Shown here: one piece after another, positions 42,439-54,685 of the stretch | Position numbering within the stretch: position 1 is the stretch's first letter | Layout of the letters: every line of letters begins with the position of its first letter | Source: Schmidtea polychroa | Lineage: Eukaryota | DNA length: 64,000 bases | Reading direction: 5' to 3' | NCBI GenBank assembly: GCA_044892525.1 | Contig: CM097885.1 | Location: 9,860,001-9,924,000 of the forward strand | Translations under genes and position numbers: made by a program | Notes under the pieces: model-generated | What the model was told of the DNA's origin: nothing | Database searches by the model: none | Seen by the model: only the letters and a program-made list of their open reading frames with translations

Positions 42439-44779
42439 CATTAAAATTTCCATTAAAAATTAACTTAAAAAATTATTTCATTAAAATTAACTTAAAAAAT
42501 TTTACATTTAAAATTAACTTAAAAAAAATTTCCATTTAAATTTTCATTAAAAATTACATTTCTCAAAAAAAGTTGGTGGTTATTCAATCTTTTGATAATA
42601 AATTTAAAAATCTTACTTTAATTTACTTATTTAGCTTTAATTTAAAATTTGAACCATTGGTTACTTAATTTTAAATTTTGAACCTTAATTTTCCTTAATT
42701 TACCTAATTATTCTTTATTTCTTAATTTTACACCATAATTTACTAAACAACTAATTATATTCATATTTAACTAATAATTTCATGTGGTCATTCATTGATT
42801 GACGAAGATTTGCATCTAAAATTAACATTGAAAATCCCAGAAAACTTTCATCTTAAATTGACTTTAACTTTAATATTTTAGACCATTGATTACTTAATTT
42901 TAAAATTAGACATTAATTTACTTATTTAACCAATAATTTCATGTTGTCATCTGGTTGTAAGTACTAGGTATCTAGTTGTTATTACTTGGTTGATGATGCT
43001 TAGTACCTGGTTGTTGACGGCTGTGAGTAGTAGGTATCTGGTAACTAGTTGTTAGTATCTAGTTGTAGGTATCTCGTTGTTGGTGGTACTTGGTAGGTGG
43101 TAGCTAGTCGGTTGTAGGTACTTAGTAGTTGGTTAATAATGCTTAGTACTTGGTTGTATGTACTTGGTAGATGGTTGTAGGTACTTAGTAATTGGTAATT
43201 AATGATTAGTACCTGGTTGTTGTTGGTTGTAACCATAATTAACTGTAATTGAAAAATTTGGACCATTATTTACTGTAATTTAATTTTTAAGAACCATAAT
43301 TTACTGTAATTTAATTTTTTAGAACCATAATTTAATGTAATTGAAAAATTTGGACCATTATTTACTTTAATTGAAAAATTTGGACCATTATTTACTTTAA
43401 TTTAATTTTTTAGACCCATAATTTACTTTAATTGAAAAATTTGGACCATTATTTACTTTAATTTAATTTTTAGAACCATAATTTACTTTAATTTTTAGAA
43501 CCATTATTTACTTTAATTGAAAAAATTTACCACGTTTTTTAGTGTAGACCACCTTTTTCTCAGGACCAAGGAGACCCGCATTAATTGGCCTAGAAAAATC
43601 CATGCTTTTTATTGATAATCGGATTTTTGTATTGAAAATATCCTGAGACCTTAAATTGCCACTCTTTTTTAGTGTATACTGCCTTTTTGTATTGAAATTC
43701 TCAGGACCACGTTTTTTAGTGTAGACCACCTTTTTCTCAGGACCAAGGAGACCCACCTTAATTGAACTAGAAAAATCCATGCTTTTTTATTGATAGTCGA
43801 ATTTTCTATTGAAAAAATTTTATTTGTATTGAAAATTCCAGGACCAAGGAGACCCACCTCACTATAGTCTGAAAAATCCTTGGCTTTTTTAGTGGTAGTC
43901 GGATTTTTGTATAGAAAAAAATTTTTTGTATTGAAAATCCCAGGACCATCGAGACCCCCTCACTATAGTCTGAAAATTCCATGCTTTTTTATTGGTAGTT
44001 GGATTTTTGTATAGAAAAAATTTTATTTGTATTGAAAATCCCAGGACCATCGAGACCCACCTCACTATAGTCTGAAAATTCCATGCTTTTTTAGTGGTAG
44101 TCGGATTTTTGTATTGAAAAAAAAAATTTTTTGTATTGAAAATCCCAGGACCATCGTTTTTGTATAGAAAAAAAAATTTTTGTATTGAAAATCCCAGGAC
44201 CATCGAGACTATAGTGTGGAACAATTGCGTAATAAAATCGTGCAACAAAAAAAATCGTGCAACAATTTAACCCCCCCCGGGGGGGGGTAATTGTTGCAGC
44301 GGGCTACTAACTACCTACTGTAGTGGAAATAATGGTACGCAAACATAATGGTATGCAGACATAATGGTAATGGACATAATGGTATGCGGAAATAATGCTA
44401 GAGGACAAAATCGTACAATCAAAATGGAACTAGGACTAAATGGTACAATGTATAAAATAGTATTAATTTAAGTCTATTTAAATAAACCTATTTTATAAAT
44501 GTAGTTAGCTAATTGTTGCCCTAACAAATATCGCATTAATTTTGAAGGAATAGATTAATGATTAGAAAAGTAAGTTGCCTTTATTTAGCATGCATGTCTG
44601 GGTCTTTTCGTCTTTCGTTTAATAATAATGAAAAACAATAGAAAAATCTAGACTAGTCAAACAAAAATATACAAATTATAATTAATAAATAATTTATAAA
44701 ATTTAATGTCAAATATTTAAGACTATATGCCTACTATAGGCCTTACAATGTTTCGTTTATGTTTATACGTTTTTGCAAT

Positions 44780-45060
44780 CAGGATGCTGTCAGACAACAT
44801 TTATATTGAGGACGCGCGTAATATCTCCCATATATGTAACCGGATCTTGGTTGTTATAATTGACTACCATAGTGTAAAGTTTATGGTGACGTATTCTTCC
44901 TTCTTTCCGGTAGTTATACCTAGCTCAAGTTTACGACGATGAAGATGAATGGAATGTTGCTCCTCACAAGATGTTGCATTAATTGATATGAGAATCATGT
45001 ATCACATATGATACACAAGAGTTTCGGCTCATTGTAGTGTATGATTTGTGATTTTAGAAA
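44780..45060 (-). mobile_element. Possible MULE/Mutator transposase C-terminal remnant
   Basis: Minus-strand EEQHSIHLHRRKLELGITTGKKEEYVTINFTLWSII resembles MULE C-terminal EQ...G...KK..Y...N pattern; adjacent to repetitive end. Confidence 0.4.
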
Positions 45061-45200
45061 TATTTAAGATGATTTTATAATCAAAACATTTAACCATTTC
45101 ACACTGATTTTATGACAAAGGCTTATCTTATCATTTATTTGTGTTAAATTTAGTTTATGTTGCTACTAAGAAACCTCATTTTATAATATTTTTATTATTA

Positions 45201-45565
45201 GGACCATTCATATATTATGTACGCAAAAAACTCCCGATTTTGACACCTCCTGTTGCACCTCGTACATTTTTAGATTTCTCTCCTTATGCATACATACATA
45301 CCCCGCGTAAAAAGTACAAGGAACTCATATAAAAATATAAGATAGGTTCTATCATATGAAAATTGCGTAAATGAACCTTTTGATTTCATATTAAATTTGA
45401 AGATTCGTTACAAAAATCCGCGTAAAAAAGATTCAAAATAATAAAAATATTTATTTATTATTATATTTTCAAAATTTTTCTCGCCCTTCGTCAAAGTAAA
45501 ACTGCGCAAAAAAGTACTGCCTAAATCGAGGGATGAATGTGCGTATATAATATATAGATGGAACC
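45201..45565. mobile_element. Small TIR element (MITE)
   Basis: GGACCATTCATATATTATGTACGCA ... TGCGTATATAATATATAGATGGAACC imperfect inverted ends. Confidence 0.5.
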
Positions 45566-45718
45566 TTATTATTATTATTATTGTATTTATTAAAAAGTTT
45601 GACAATGAATCAATAAATATATCGATGTTTTTTTATATCTTTACTGATTCATAATCAGGTTTTTAATAATACAATGTCAATTGAAAAGAAATCAGTAGTG
45701 AAATTTGAAAAAAGTTCT

Positions 45719-45887
<169 letters not shown>

Positions 45888-47580
45888 AATTTAATATTAT
45901 GAATTCGTTTTTGATTTCTATTTGACTGCGGATACAATAAAAAAATGACAATAAAATTAATAAATTTGAATATGAACATAATACAAAATAAACATGAATA
46001 TAATATTGTACTTGCCGTTTCCCATTACAATTTAAAACTTTTCAAAAACATTCGATCTATTGATACCCTGCTAAAAGTTAAAGAAGAAATGAATGTAAAA
46101 TAAGTAGATCAAATACATATATTAAAAGAGTCCATATATTATAAAATGAAAATTTTATAAAAAGGATATTATTTGTAATGTGTTAAAATAAAGGCACTTT
46201 TATCAAATAATTAATTTTTTATTGCCGGAACCCGAGAAATAACTTTTACCTTTCTTTGAATATGCAAACCCTCCTGTAGTTGGGGTTTTAACTTTATTAT
46301 ATATGTAAACGGATTGTAAAATTTTTTTTCAAAGTTCTATATTAAAGTTCCTTTATTATTGAAAATGAAAAACAAAATTGTGAATTATGATATTTAGAAG
46401 ATGTGCTGCAAATATTTGACGTATTACTTACAAAAAATGATTAAAATTTTATTCTTTTTATTATATGCTTACTAACTCAAAAATTTATAATATATTCAAG
46501 ATATTTATACGTGGCTGTCTAATGGTTTATGTTTATATTAATAAGTAATTCTTAGAATTTAGCAATTGTCTATAGATACGCTATATACCGATACTAAATG
46601 AAGAAAATGTTCTACAAGTGTGGCGTTTAAAAATATATTTTAAATATTATAAGAACTTTTTTCAATTTTCACCTCTCATTTCTTTACAATTGACATTGTA
46701 TTTTTTAAAAAGCTTGACTATAAATCAGTAAATATATCGATGTTTTTTTATATTTACAAACTTTCGGCTCAGGTTTTTTCAAGTGATTTGATTCAAAATC
46801 ACTTGATAATGGCAGTGCCGAAAATTCGTGAATATCCAAAAAACATCGATATATTTACTGATTCATAGTCAAGTTTTCAATAAATACAACATTTTAAATA
46901 ATTTAAAAATAAAAACATGTGCTGCCACCTAATTTAGTTTGTATAAAAGGACAAGTTTACACACTTACAAATTAAAAATTTTATAGTTATGCTATTTAAC
47001 AGGCTTTAAATAGAAGTATAAAAACAAACAGTTTAGGTTAATTTTCAAGCATAACCTGTACAAGAAAATGCACTGTGATATAAATGTAAATATTAACATG
47101 ATTCATAATACATTCGTTGAATAAAATTTGTTTATAATTGAAATAACTTTCATTAATAATATTTGTAAAATGTTATATAAATAAAATACAGTTAAATTAA
47201 AAGAAATTATAATATGTGAGTAGTAGGTAATAAATTCATTGACTTTATTGGGAAAGACTCATTAATTTAATCGAGCGTGAGTCCAGACTACAATATGATG
47301 CATCCTACTCATTATGAGTCAAATGACTATAGATCGTACTCAGACCGATACCCCAACCGGCAATTGATTATCATCGAATGGCCATTGATTTGCAAATTTA
47401 ATAATATAAATATTAACATACCTATAATAAATGTTTGCGTGTCATAGCCAGATGTAACAATGAATTAGCTAGGTGACATTAAATTGGCAATTACACTATA
47501 GAAAGAGAAAAAATCGCTGTTGTAAGAAAAATAAATAATTACATACAAACACGGTTCACAAAATTTCTATAATTAAAAAA

Positions 47581-48308
47581 CACACTATAGGACATTGATT
47601 TATCATACGGACATTCAATTAGCAAAATATTTTCAATTTAAAATTAATTAATTATAAAAAAATTTACGAGAATATGTCAGAAAATTCATCAGAATCGACT
47701 ATTTCATTTCAAGAGATTCATAGATGAATGCTCTTCAATACATGGACGAACAAGAGATTCGGTAGATCACGAGTAGGCAATAGAATTTATAACAATATGC
47801 CAACAAATCGAGGTCCCAATATCCAAAGATGAGCTAATCCATTTACAATAATATATCTTCATTGACTATTCAAATTGAAAAGTTGCCATATAATCCATTT
47901 TTGAACCCTATCGAAAGTGTTTAGCAAAATTTAAAATGGGGTAAGGACTAAATTTTTTTTGGCTGATGGATTTAGCAGACAGATTTACCTTCAATGAATG
48001 ATTTACTGCCATATCCCAAGCAGTTAACGAGAATCTTCGAAAACCAGATCATTGTAATTTCAAAAATCATATTAAAGTCATATTTAATAATCATATTAAA
48101 GATTCTTCCCTAAATGCTTGAAGAAACTTGATGTTTTAGGTGAACTATGAAAAGTTTAATGTATATTTAAATAAATAAATAAATATCTTACTTCTTTATT
48201 TATTATTTTAACAAAAAAACTTAAAATAAAACTAAAATCCAAAACAAAGCTCAATTGACATTGCTAAATGAATGTCTCATTTATGATAATCAAATGCGCT
48301 TTGGTGTA
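47581..48308 (+). mobile_element. Internally deleted IS630/Tc1-like element
   Basis: Degenerate TIRs (GACATTCAATTAGCAA / TTGCTAAATGAATGTC); IEKLPYNPFLNPIESV motif. Confidence 0.65.
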
Positions 48309-49629
48309 TATGACCATGATTAAATATTCATACGACAGACCATTAGTTGGGTCACAATTTTAGTGGTTAATGGTGTTCATTGGGTCATGGGTCGAAATTG
48401 GACATGTTCACAAGACTCTAAGTTTGAAAGATGAACACCCTTAAACACACAACTAAAAGTGATATAGAAAATATTTTTAGTGATTCGGAATTAGGAAAAA
48501 ATAAATTTTTTTTATTTTTGACTAGAAACTAGATTTAAAAGTAATTTTTACCAAAACCTTGTGAACACACTGGTTCAGTTGATTATAGTTCATCAATGGA
48601 AAAAATATAATAAATTTAAGGCATTCAGATGAGAAAAATACAAATCATACTACAAAATGTTGGCTTAGTCAAAGGCACAAAGCGACTTTTCAAAAGCTTT
48701 TCAGCCAAATTTTGATATTTTTCCGTCAAAATATTTTTTTTAAAGTTAATGACAATGTATAATTTTTAAAAAATTTTGTAAGTGACCTTCCTTACTTCTC
48801 TGTGTGATCACTCATTAGTAAGAGAGCCAAAAGATTTCGCGGCAACATTTTTTTATAATTAATTTAAACATGTTTTGAAAAATATTTTAATATTTCTAAG
48901 TGATTACGCGCCACAACATATAAAAGTTCACTTCAATCATTTTATTTTTAAAAAGTCAATTTAACAATAACAATTTTCCAAAGATAGATCAACTGGTCCC
49001 ACTTTGTCAATTTTTGTCCGATTTAAAAATAACTTTCACAATTTAGATAAAATATTTTACGAAATCTTGAAAATAATTTTCAATTTACTGCAAATTGACT
49101 TTTAAAATATTATTAAAATACTTTTAATTATTTAAAAGATTCGATTGCTCATTATTTGAATAAAGACTTACTGTTAAACTATATTATTATTACAAGCTGT
49201 TACCTGTTAAAAATGACGAAGAAATTTTTTAGTTTCGATATATTAAAATCCGGGCTGAAAATAAGTAGTGAGGAATCTATGCACCCCAGCACCCCCACCC
49301 TCAAAAAAAACAGCGCTATTGACCCATATTTTCCACATTTATATGCTTTTTTACCCCATATTCTTCACTTTTTTTAACTTTTAAACTTTGTCCCCTATTG
49401 CCATTAACCCTTAATTTCTTCCCTTAAAAGTAAAAAAGTTCGGAATAGATGTATTTATAGATTAGTAATTCCGAGAAAAGGTAACGGGGTGCATAGATTC
49501 CTCACTACTTGGTCTTAAGGATTTAAGGATTTAAAGGATTTAAGGATTTAACGTTATAAGGATTTAAAAATTAATAAAAATTAATATCAAAACCAAAACA
49601 TCGTATCCAACCAAAAAATTCTTTTAAAA

Positions 49630-52600
49630 ATGGAAGCTATTTTCAATTGTGAAATTTGTGAAAAAAATTTTAAAAATAAAACTGCTTTAACATCTCATAA
49701 AAAATCAAAAGACCATTTAATAAAAGCTAACACACTAGATGACACTAATTCCAAAATCTGTACTAAATGTAAGGATAGATATTTATTTTCAGGTTATAAG
49801 AAACATTTTAAAAATTGTATTGGAGTTCCTAAAAACAGAGAAATATTCGAATGTTCAGCATGTGGAAAAAAGATGAGGATAAAATCTTTTTACTTAAGAC
49901 ACATAGAAGATTGTGGTCTTGAAGCAAAAGATTCTGATTCAAACTCAATGACTGAAAAAGCTGAAAAACTGGAGTTTAATTGGGATGACTTCAATCACAC
50001 CGATGTAATTGCAGAAGTAAAACGAGGACCCAGATCAATCATGCAATATATAAGAGAAAATAAAAAAAAAATAATATCATCAATGGATGATGCTATAAAA
50101 AAATTTGGTAGATCAAGATTTAATGTTATAAAAGTTAAATTTACAGGAAATGCAAAATACTGGAGAGGAGATGATTCGATCGCAATGCCTCTAGATGTAA
50201 AAATTGAAACCTCATATAAATATTTATTTTCTACAAAAGCAGGAAATAAACTTGTTAATGATATAGCTAAAGAATTGGAAGAAAAACAAGAACAGGTGGA
50301 ACAAGAACTAGGAGAATCTAATTTAAGATTCCACTCTTTTCAAAACATAGAGATTGAATACTGGAGAGGTGCACCACCAAATCCTAAATCTTTTATTCAT
50401 ACACCATTCACCTCCAACCATGTTATAAATGTACAGAATAAAGATAATAAATGTTTTCAATGGTCAATACTTGCACACTTACATCCTCAAGCAACTAACC
50501 CACAGAGAGTTCAAAAATATGAAGAATATGAATCTGAATTAATATATCCAAAAGATTTTTCCCACCCAATGAAAATTGAAGATGTTCCAGCATTTGAAAA
50601 ATTAAATAATCTTAAAATTAATATTTATCAATTCATTCCAACCAAAATTACAAAAACTAGAAAAAATAAAAATTATAAACACATTATTCCTATTTACATT
50701 TCTAATATGGAAATCTCAGATGAAAAGAGAGAAGTAGATCTTTTAATATTAGAAGAAGGTAAACCAGATGAAGACTTTGATGGAGAAGAATATGGTGAAG
50801 AGGTTCAAAGCGTTCACCCGAAAAGAGAAGCAGAAGAAGGCATTTCATTAGAACCAGAAGCAGAAAGCACTGCGTCCGGAGGCACTATGTTAGATAAAAA
50901 ACTTCATTATATCTTAATAAAGAATTTTCAAAGTTTTATGAAAGGAAACACACTCATTCGTGGAGGCATATGTTGTAAAAGATGTTTATATCATTCAAGT
51001 TCAAAACTTGCTGCTATTAAACATGAGAGACTCTGTTGTAAGAATCAACCTGCTTTAATAAAAATGCCACACAAGAAAAATGCTAATATGAGGTTTAAAA
51101 ACTATTCCAATCTATTAGAAGCATTGGGAGTGGTTTATTGTGATTTTGAAGCTATAAATGTAAAACTAAGACGAACAAAAACTAATACTGTAAAACTAAC
51201 AAAACAATTACCCTCTGCTTATAAAATGTTTTTCAAAAGTAATTATCCAGAACTTGTAAAATCTAGAGAATATTCATTTAGGGGAACTTCTGACAAAGAG
51301 ACTCTAGACCATTTTGTTGAAACTTTAAATAATCTAGAACATGAATTATATATAATATTAAAATCCAACTTTCCTATGAATTTTTCAGAAGAACAAGAGG
51401 AAGAATATAAAAATGCAACACACTGCTGGATGTGCAAACAAGAGTTTGAGGATGAGGAGTCAACTAGTGAACTAAAGGTTCCTGACCATGATCATTTTAA
51501 AATAGAAAATAATTACAGAGGAGCGGCCCATAAAAATTGTAATCTCAATTGTAAAAAACCAACACACATACCATTTATATTTCACAATCTTTTTGGCTAT
51601 GATATTCACCTGTTCATTAAACATCTAGCTGCAAATGCTAAAAACTCTTTCAAGGTTATTGGACTTACAAAAGAAAAATATAAAAGCATTCAATATGGAT
51701 GCTTTAAGTTTTTGGACTCGTTAAATTTCTTAGGGATGTCTTTGGATGGGATTGCTAAAACTATGAACCCTGAGGATTTTAAATATACAAAAGAACATGT
51801 GTTATTAAAAAACAATATTCCATTAGAGGAATATAATACCTGTCTAGCAAAAGGAATCTATCCATATGATTATATAGACTCCTTTGAAAAATATAATGAA
51901 TTACTCCCACCCCAAGAAGATTTCTTTTCTGTTTTAACACAATCAGGGATTTCTGATCAGGAATATTCCCGTGCACTTAAAATGTGGAATCTTTTCAACT
52001 GTAGAAACCTTGGAGAATATACTGACATGTATCTTTCCTTAGATGTTTATATCTTAGCTGATTGCTTCGAGACATTTTCAAAAGCTTTTGAATTAAAACC
52101 TTATAATTATATAACCGCTCCCTCTCTAGCTTGGGATATATTATTATATAGCATATGGACCGATGAAGACATAGCAGAAAGAAATAAAACCATTGAATTA
52201 TTAGTTGACCTTGATATGTTTAATGTATATAAACATAATATTAGAGGAGGTATTTCTTCAGTACAAGGGAATAGAGAAATAATTGCTAATAATTTTACAA
52301 CTCTTTATCCTAAATTTTTCAAAGATACTGATGCTCTATATGTAGAAATAACAAACCCAGAAGATCGTGAGGAAATACTGGAAGGTCTTTCTAATCCTTC
52401 TGAAATAATGTATATAGATGCAACAGCTTTATATGCAGGAGTAATGACTCAATATCTTCCAATTGGCAAGTTCACCTGGGAAGAGCCCACTGAGGAATTA
52501 ATACAAGAAATTCTAAAAACACCAAAGAATTCACAATATGGATATGTCATAGAATGCGATCTTGAATATCCCAATGAAATAAAATCCAGGACAAGATTCT

Positions 52601-54012
52601 TTCCATTTGCTCCAGTAAGAAGAAAGATCTCGACTGAAGAACTTTCAGACTGGCAGATGGCTCAGGATAGATCGCCCTGTATAAAACTTTTATGCGATCA
52701 GACCGATAAAACTGATTACCTTTGTCATTATAGACTCCTTCAGTTTTATCTCTCCCATGGAATGGTTTTAAAAAAAGTACATTCCATTATTAAATTTCGA
52801 CAAGCCCCTTTTATGAAAAAATTCATAGAGGGAAATATTTTGAAAAGAAATGCAGCAAAGAGAGCTGGAAATGCATTTCTTGATATGATTTACAAACTCC
52901 TGAACAATGCGGTCTTTGGAAAGACCATGGAGAATATAGACAAGTACACACGTGTAGAGCTTTTGACCAATACATCCAAAGACCTTAATAGGTACAACCG
53001 GATAATTGGAAAGCCCACATTTAAAAATGCCGAGATATTCTCTAGTAACCTTATAGCCATAGAGATTAAAAACTCTGTAAAAACTTATAATAAACCAATC
53101 TTTATAGGGTTTTCAATTTTAGAACTTTCAAAGCTTCAAATGTATGAAGCCTACTATGATGTTCTAGTACCACATTTTGGAGATCGAATATCCATGCATG
53201 CAATGGACACTGATAGTATGTTTTTAAAAGGATATAGCAAAGATTTAAAAAAAGAAATACGTGAAGATCCAACCTTAAATAAATTAATAAACAATTCTGG
53301 AGAGTTGTTTACTTTTAAAGATGAAAAACCAAATACTCCAATAACTGGAGGAGTGTTTATTAGACCTAAACAATATTCTCTTGAAATGAAAGACAAACCA
53401 ATTATGAAAGAGCATACAATAAAATTTATAATAGAAGGATCTGTTGAAGTAGATCGAACATTTGAATATCCTTCATTCCCTGAAAACCCGAAAAGCTATA
53501 AAGAAAATAAAAGTAAAGGAATTCAAAAATCAGTGTCAAAAACCTTCACACATCAAGAGTATAAAGATTCATTAAATATAAATTATAAAAATAAAATTGC
53601 TAAAACCCATCATCTTAAATCAGAGAAACATAATATATATCTTGAAGAGTGTAACAAGATTGCTATAACAAATTATGATGATAAAAGATTTATACTTTCT
53701 GACTTGAAGACAACATTACCTATTGGAAATGATTTAATCCCTATAATAAAAAATCTTGATAAAATAAATGAAATTTATAACCTAGAGATTACAGACCTTC
53801 AACTTGCTAAAGTAGAAATCCAATATCCTGAAATATTAATTCCTAAACCTTTATATAATCAAGTTCAAAATATAAAACCTATAGAACTTAAATATTTTAA
53901 TACTGATCCTGAATATATCCAAGGACTAACACCAGAAGACTTTAAATCACATAAATTAATGTTAAAAAGCATTACTGCAGAAATAATTATAAATCAATTA
54001 CGACTGGTCTAA
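49630..54012 (+). CDS. Protein-primed family B DNA polymerase with N-terminal zinc fingers and embedded endonuclease-VII-like domain
   Basis: Exo DFE, HNLFGYD, KGIYPYDY; pol YIDATALY, KLLNNAVFGK, MDTDS; CxxC...DHDH...YRGAAHKNCN. Confidence 0.96.
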   Translation: MEAIFNCEICEKNFKNKTALTSHKKSKDHLIKANTLDDTNSKICTKCKDRYLFSGYKKHFKNCIGVPKNREIFECSACGKKMRIKSFYLRHIEDCGLEAKDSDSNSMTEKAEKLEFNWDDFNHTDVIAEVKRGPRSIMQYIRENKKKIISSMDDAIKKFGRSRFNVIKVKFTGNAKYWRGDDSIAMPLDVKIETSYKYLFSTKAGNKLVNDIAKELEEKQEQVEQELGESNLRFHSFQNIEIEYWRGAPPNPKSFIHTPFTSNHVINVQNKDNKCFQWSILAHLHPQATNPQRVQKYEEYESELIYPKDFSHPMKIEDVPAFEKLNNLKINIYQFIPTKITKTRKNKNYKHIIPIYISNMEISDEKREVDLLILEEGKPDEDFDGEEYGEEVQSVHPKREAEEGISLEPEAESTASGGTMLDKKLHYILIKNFQSFMKGNTLIRGGICCKRCLYHSSSKLAAIKHERLCCKNQPALIKMPHKKNANMRFKNYSNLLEALGVVYCDFEAINVKLRRTKTNTVKLTKQLPSAYKMFFKSNYPELVKSREYSFRGTSDKETLDHFVETLNNLEHELYIILKSNFPMNFSEEQEEEYKNATHCWMCKQEFEDEESTSELKVPDHDHFKIENNYRGAAHKNCNLNCKKPTHIPFIFHNLFGYDIHLFIKHLAANAKNSFKVIGLTKEKYKSIQYGCFKFLDSLNFLGMSLDGIAKTMNPEDFKYTKEHVLLKNNIPLEEYNTCLAKGIYPYDYIDSFEKYNELLPPQEDFFSVLTQSGISDQEYSRALKMWNLFNCRNLGEYTDMYLSLDVYILADCFETFSKAFELKPYNYITAPSLAWDILLYSIWTDEDIAERNKTIELLVDLDMFNVYKHNIRGGISSVQGNREIIANNFTTLYPKFFKDTDALYVEITNPEDREEILEGLSNPSEIMYIDATALYAGVMTQYLPIGKFTWEEPTEELIQEILKTPKNSQYGYVIECDLEYPNEIKSRTRFFPFAPVRRKISTEELSDWQMAQDRSPCIKLLCDQTDKTDYLCHYRLLQFYLSHGMVLKKVHSIIKFRQAPFMKKFIEGNILKRNAAKRAGNAFLDMIYKLLNNAVFGKTMENIDKYTRVELLTNTSKDLNRYNRIIGKPTFKNAEIFSSNLIAIEIKNSVKTYNKPIFIGFSILELSKLQMYEAYYDVLVPHFGDRISMHAMDTDSMFLKGYSKDLKKEIREDPTLNKLINNSGELFTFKDEKPNTPITGGVFIRPKQYSLEMKDKPIMKEHTIKFIIEGSVEVDRTFEYPSFPENPKSYKENKSKGIQKSVSKTFTHQEYKDSLNINYKNKIAKTHHLKSEKHNIYLEECNKIAITNYDDKRFILSDLKTTLPIGNDLIPIIKNLDKINEIYNLEITDLQLAKVEIQYPEILIPKPLYNQVQNIKPIELKYFNTDPEYIQGLTPEDFKSHKLMLKSITAEIIINQLRLV

Positions 54013-54036
54013 GAATTAGAATTTTAACACTATAAA

Positions 54037-54591
54037 ATGATGGAAACTAAAAATCAAGAAAATAACATTTTTGAAATTATAAAAAATATTACTAATTTAA
54101 AGGATAACAGATGTAAAGGAATACAGAGAGTGGTTGCAAAGAATCTTTCTCATCAAGATTATAGAGATACATTAAACCCAAATCATAAAGATAAAATTGA
54201 TGAAATACATCAACTTAAAAGTGAAAACCATGATATTCACTTGATAGAATCTCAAAAAGTATCATTATCAAATTATGATGATAAGAGATTCATACTAAGT
54301 GATTTAAAGACAACTCTACCTATTGGAAATAATTTAATCCCTATAATAAAAAATCTAGAAAAGTTGAATAAGTTATATGATACAAAGATTACTGATCTTG
54401 ATATTTATAATGTTGAAATTATTTATCCCGAGAGAGAAATCGAGAAACCTTTATATTCTCAAGTTTTTAATCCTATATGTTTAGAACTTAAATATTTTAA
54501 TACTGATCCTGAATATATAAAAGGTCTAAGTGATAAAGAATTTAAAGATCATAAATTAATGATTCATAGGTTGGCTTTCAACCATAACTGA
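54037..54591 (+). CDS. Stand-alone duplicate of the pPolB C-terminal ~160 aa
   Basis: Shares KGIQ, NYDDKRFILSDLKTTLPIGN and ELKYFNTDPEYI with the preceding ORF. Confidence 0.85.
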   Translation: MMETKNQENNIFEIIKNITNLKDNRCKGIQRVVAKNLSHQDYRDTLNPNHKDKIDEIHQLKSENHDIHLIESQKVSLSNYDDKRFILSDLKTTLPIGNNLIPIIKNLEKLNKLYDTKITDLDIYNVEIIYPEREIEKPLYSQVFNPICLELKYFNTDPEYIKGLSDKEFKDHKLMIHRLAFNHN

Positions 54592-54685
54592 AACCAACGA
54601 TATTTAATTTTTTAATAATAAAATGTCGACAATTAATTTAAGCAACTATAGCAACCTGATCTACTTTTTTAAAAATACACCCATT

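Larger units (their letters stand above)
29602..44319. mobile_element. 14.7 kb non-coding giant inverted-repeat element with Polinton-like termini
   Basis: Starts AGTAGGTAGTTAGTAG, ends CTACTAACTACCTACT; flanks ATAGTG / GTAGTG; arms 29602-~37020 and ~38148-44319; ~1.1 kb spacer. Confidence 0.88.

Noticed and set aside
41500..43220. TTAGTACTTGG resembling the 5S rRNA internal promoter
   Set aside because: Only a short match inside a low-complexity repeat; no other 5S sequence
51243..53396. Short antisense ORFs inside pPolB (and similar ones inside integrase/ATPase)
   Set aside because: Shadow frames of long genuine genes
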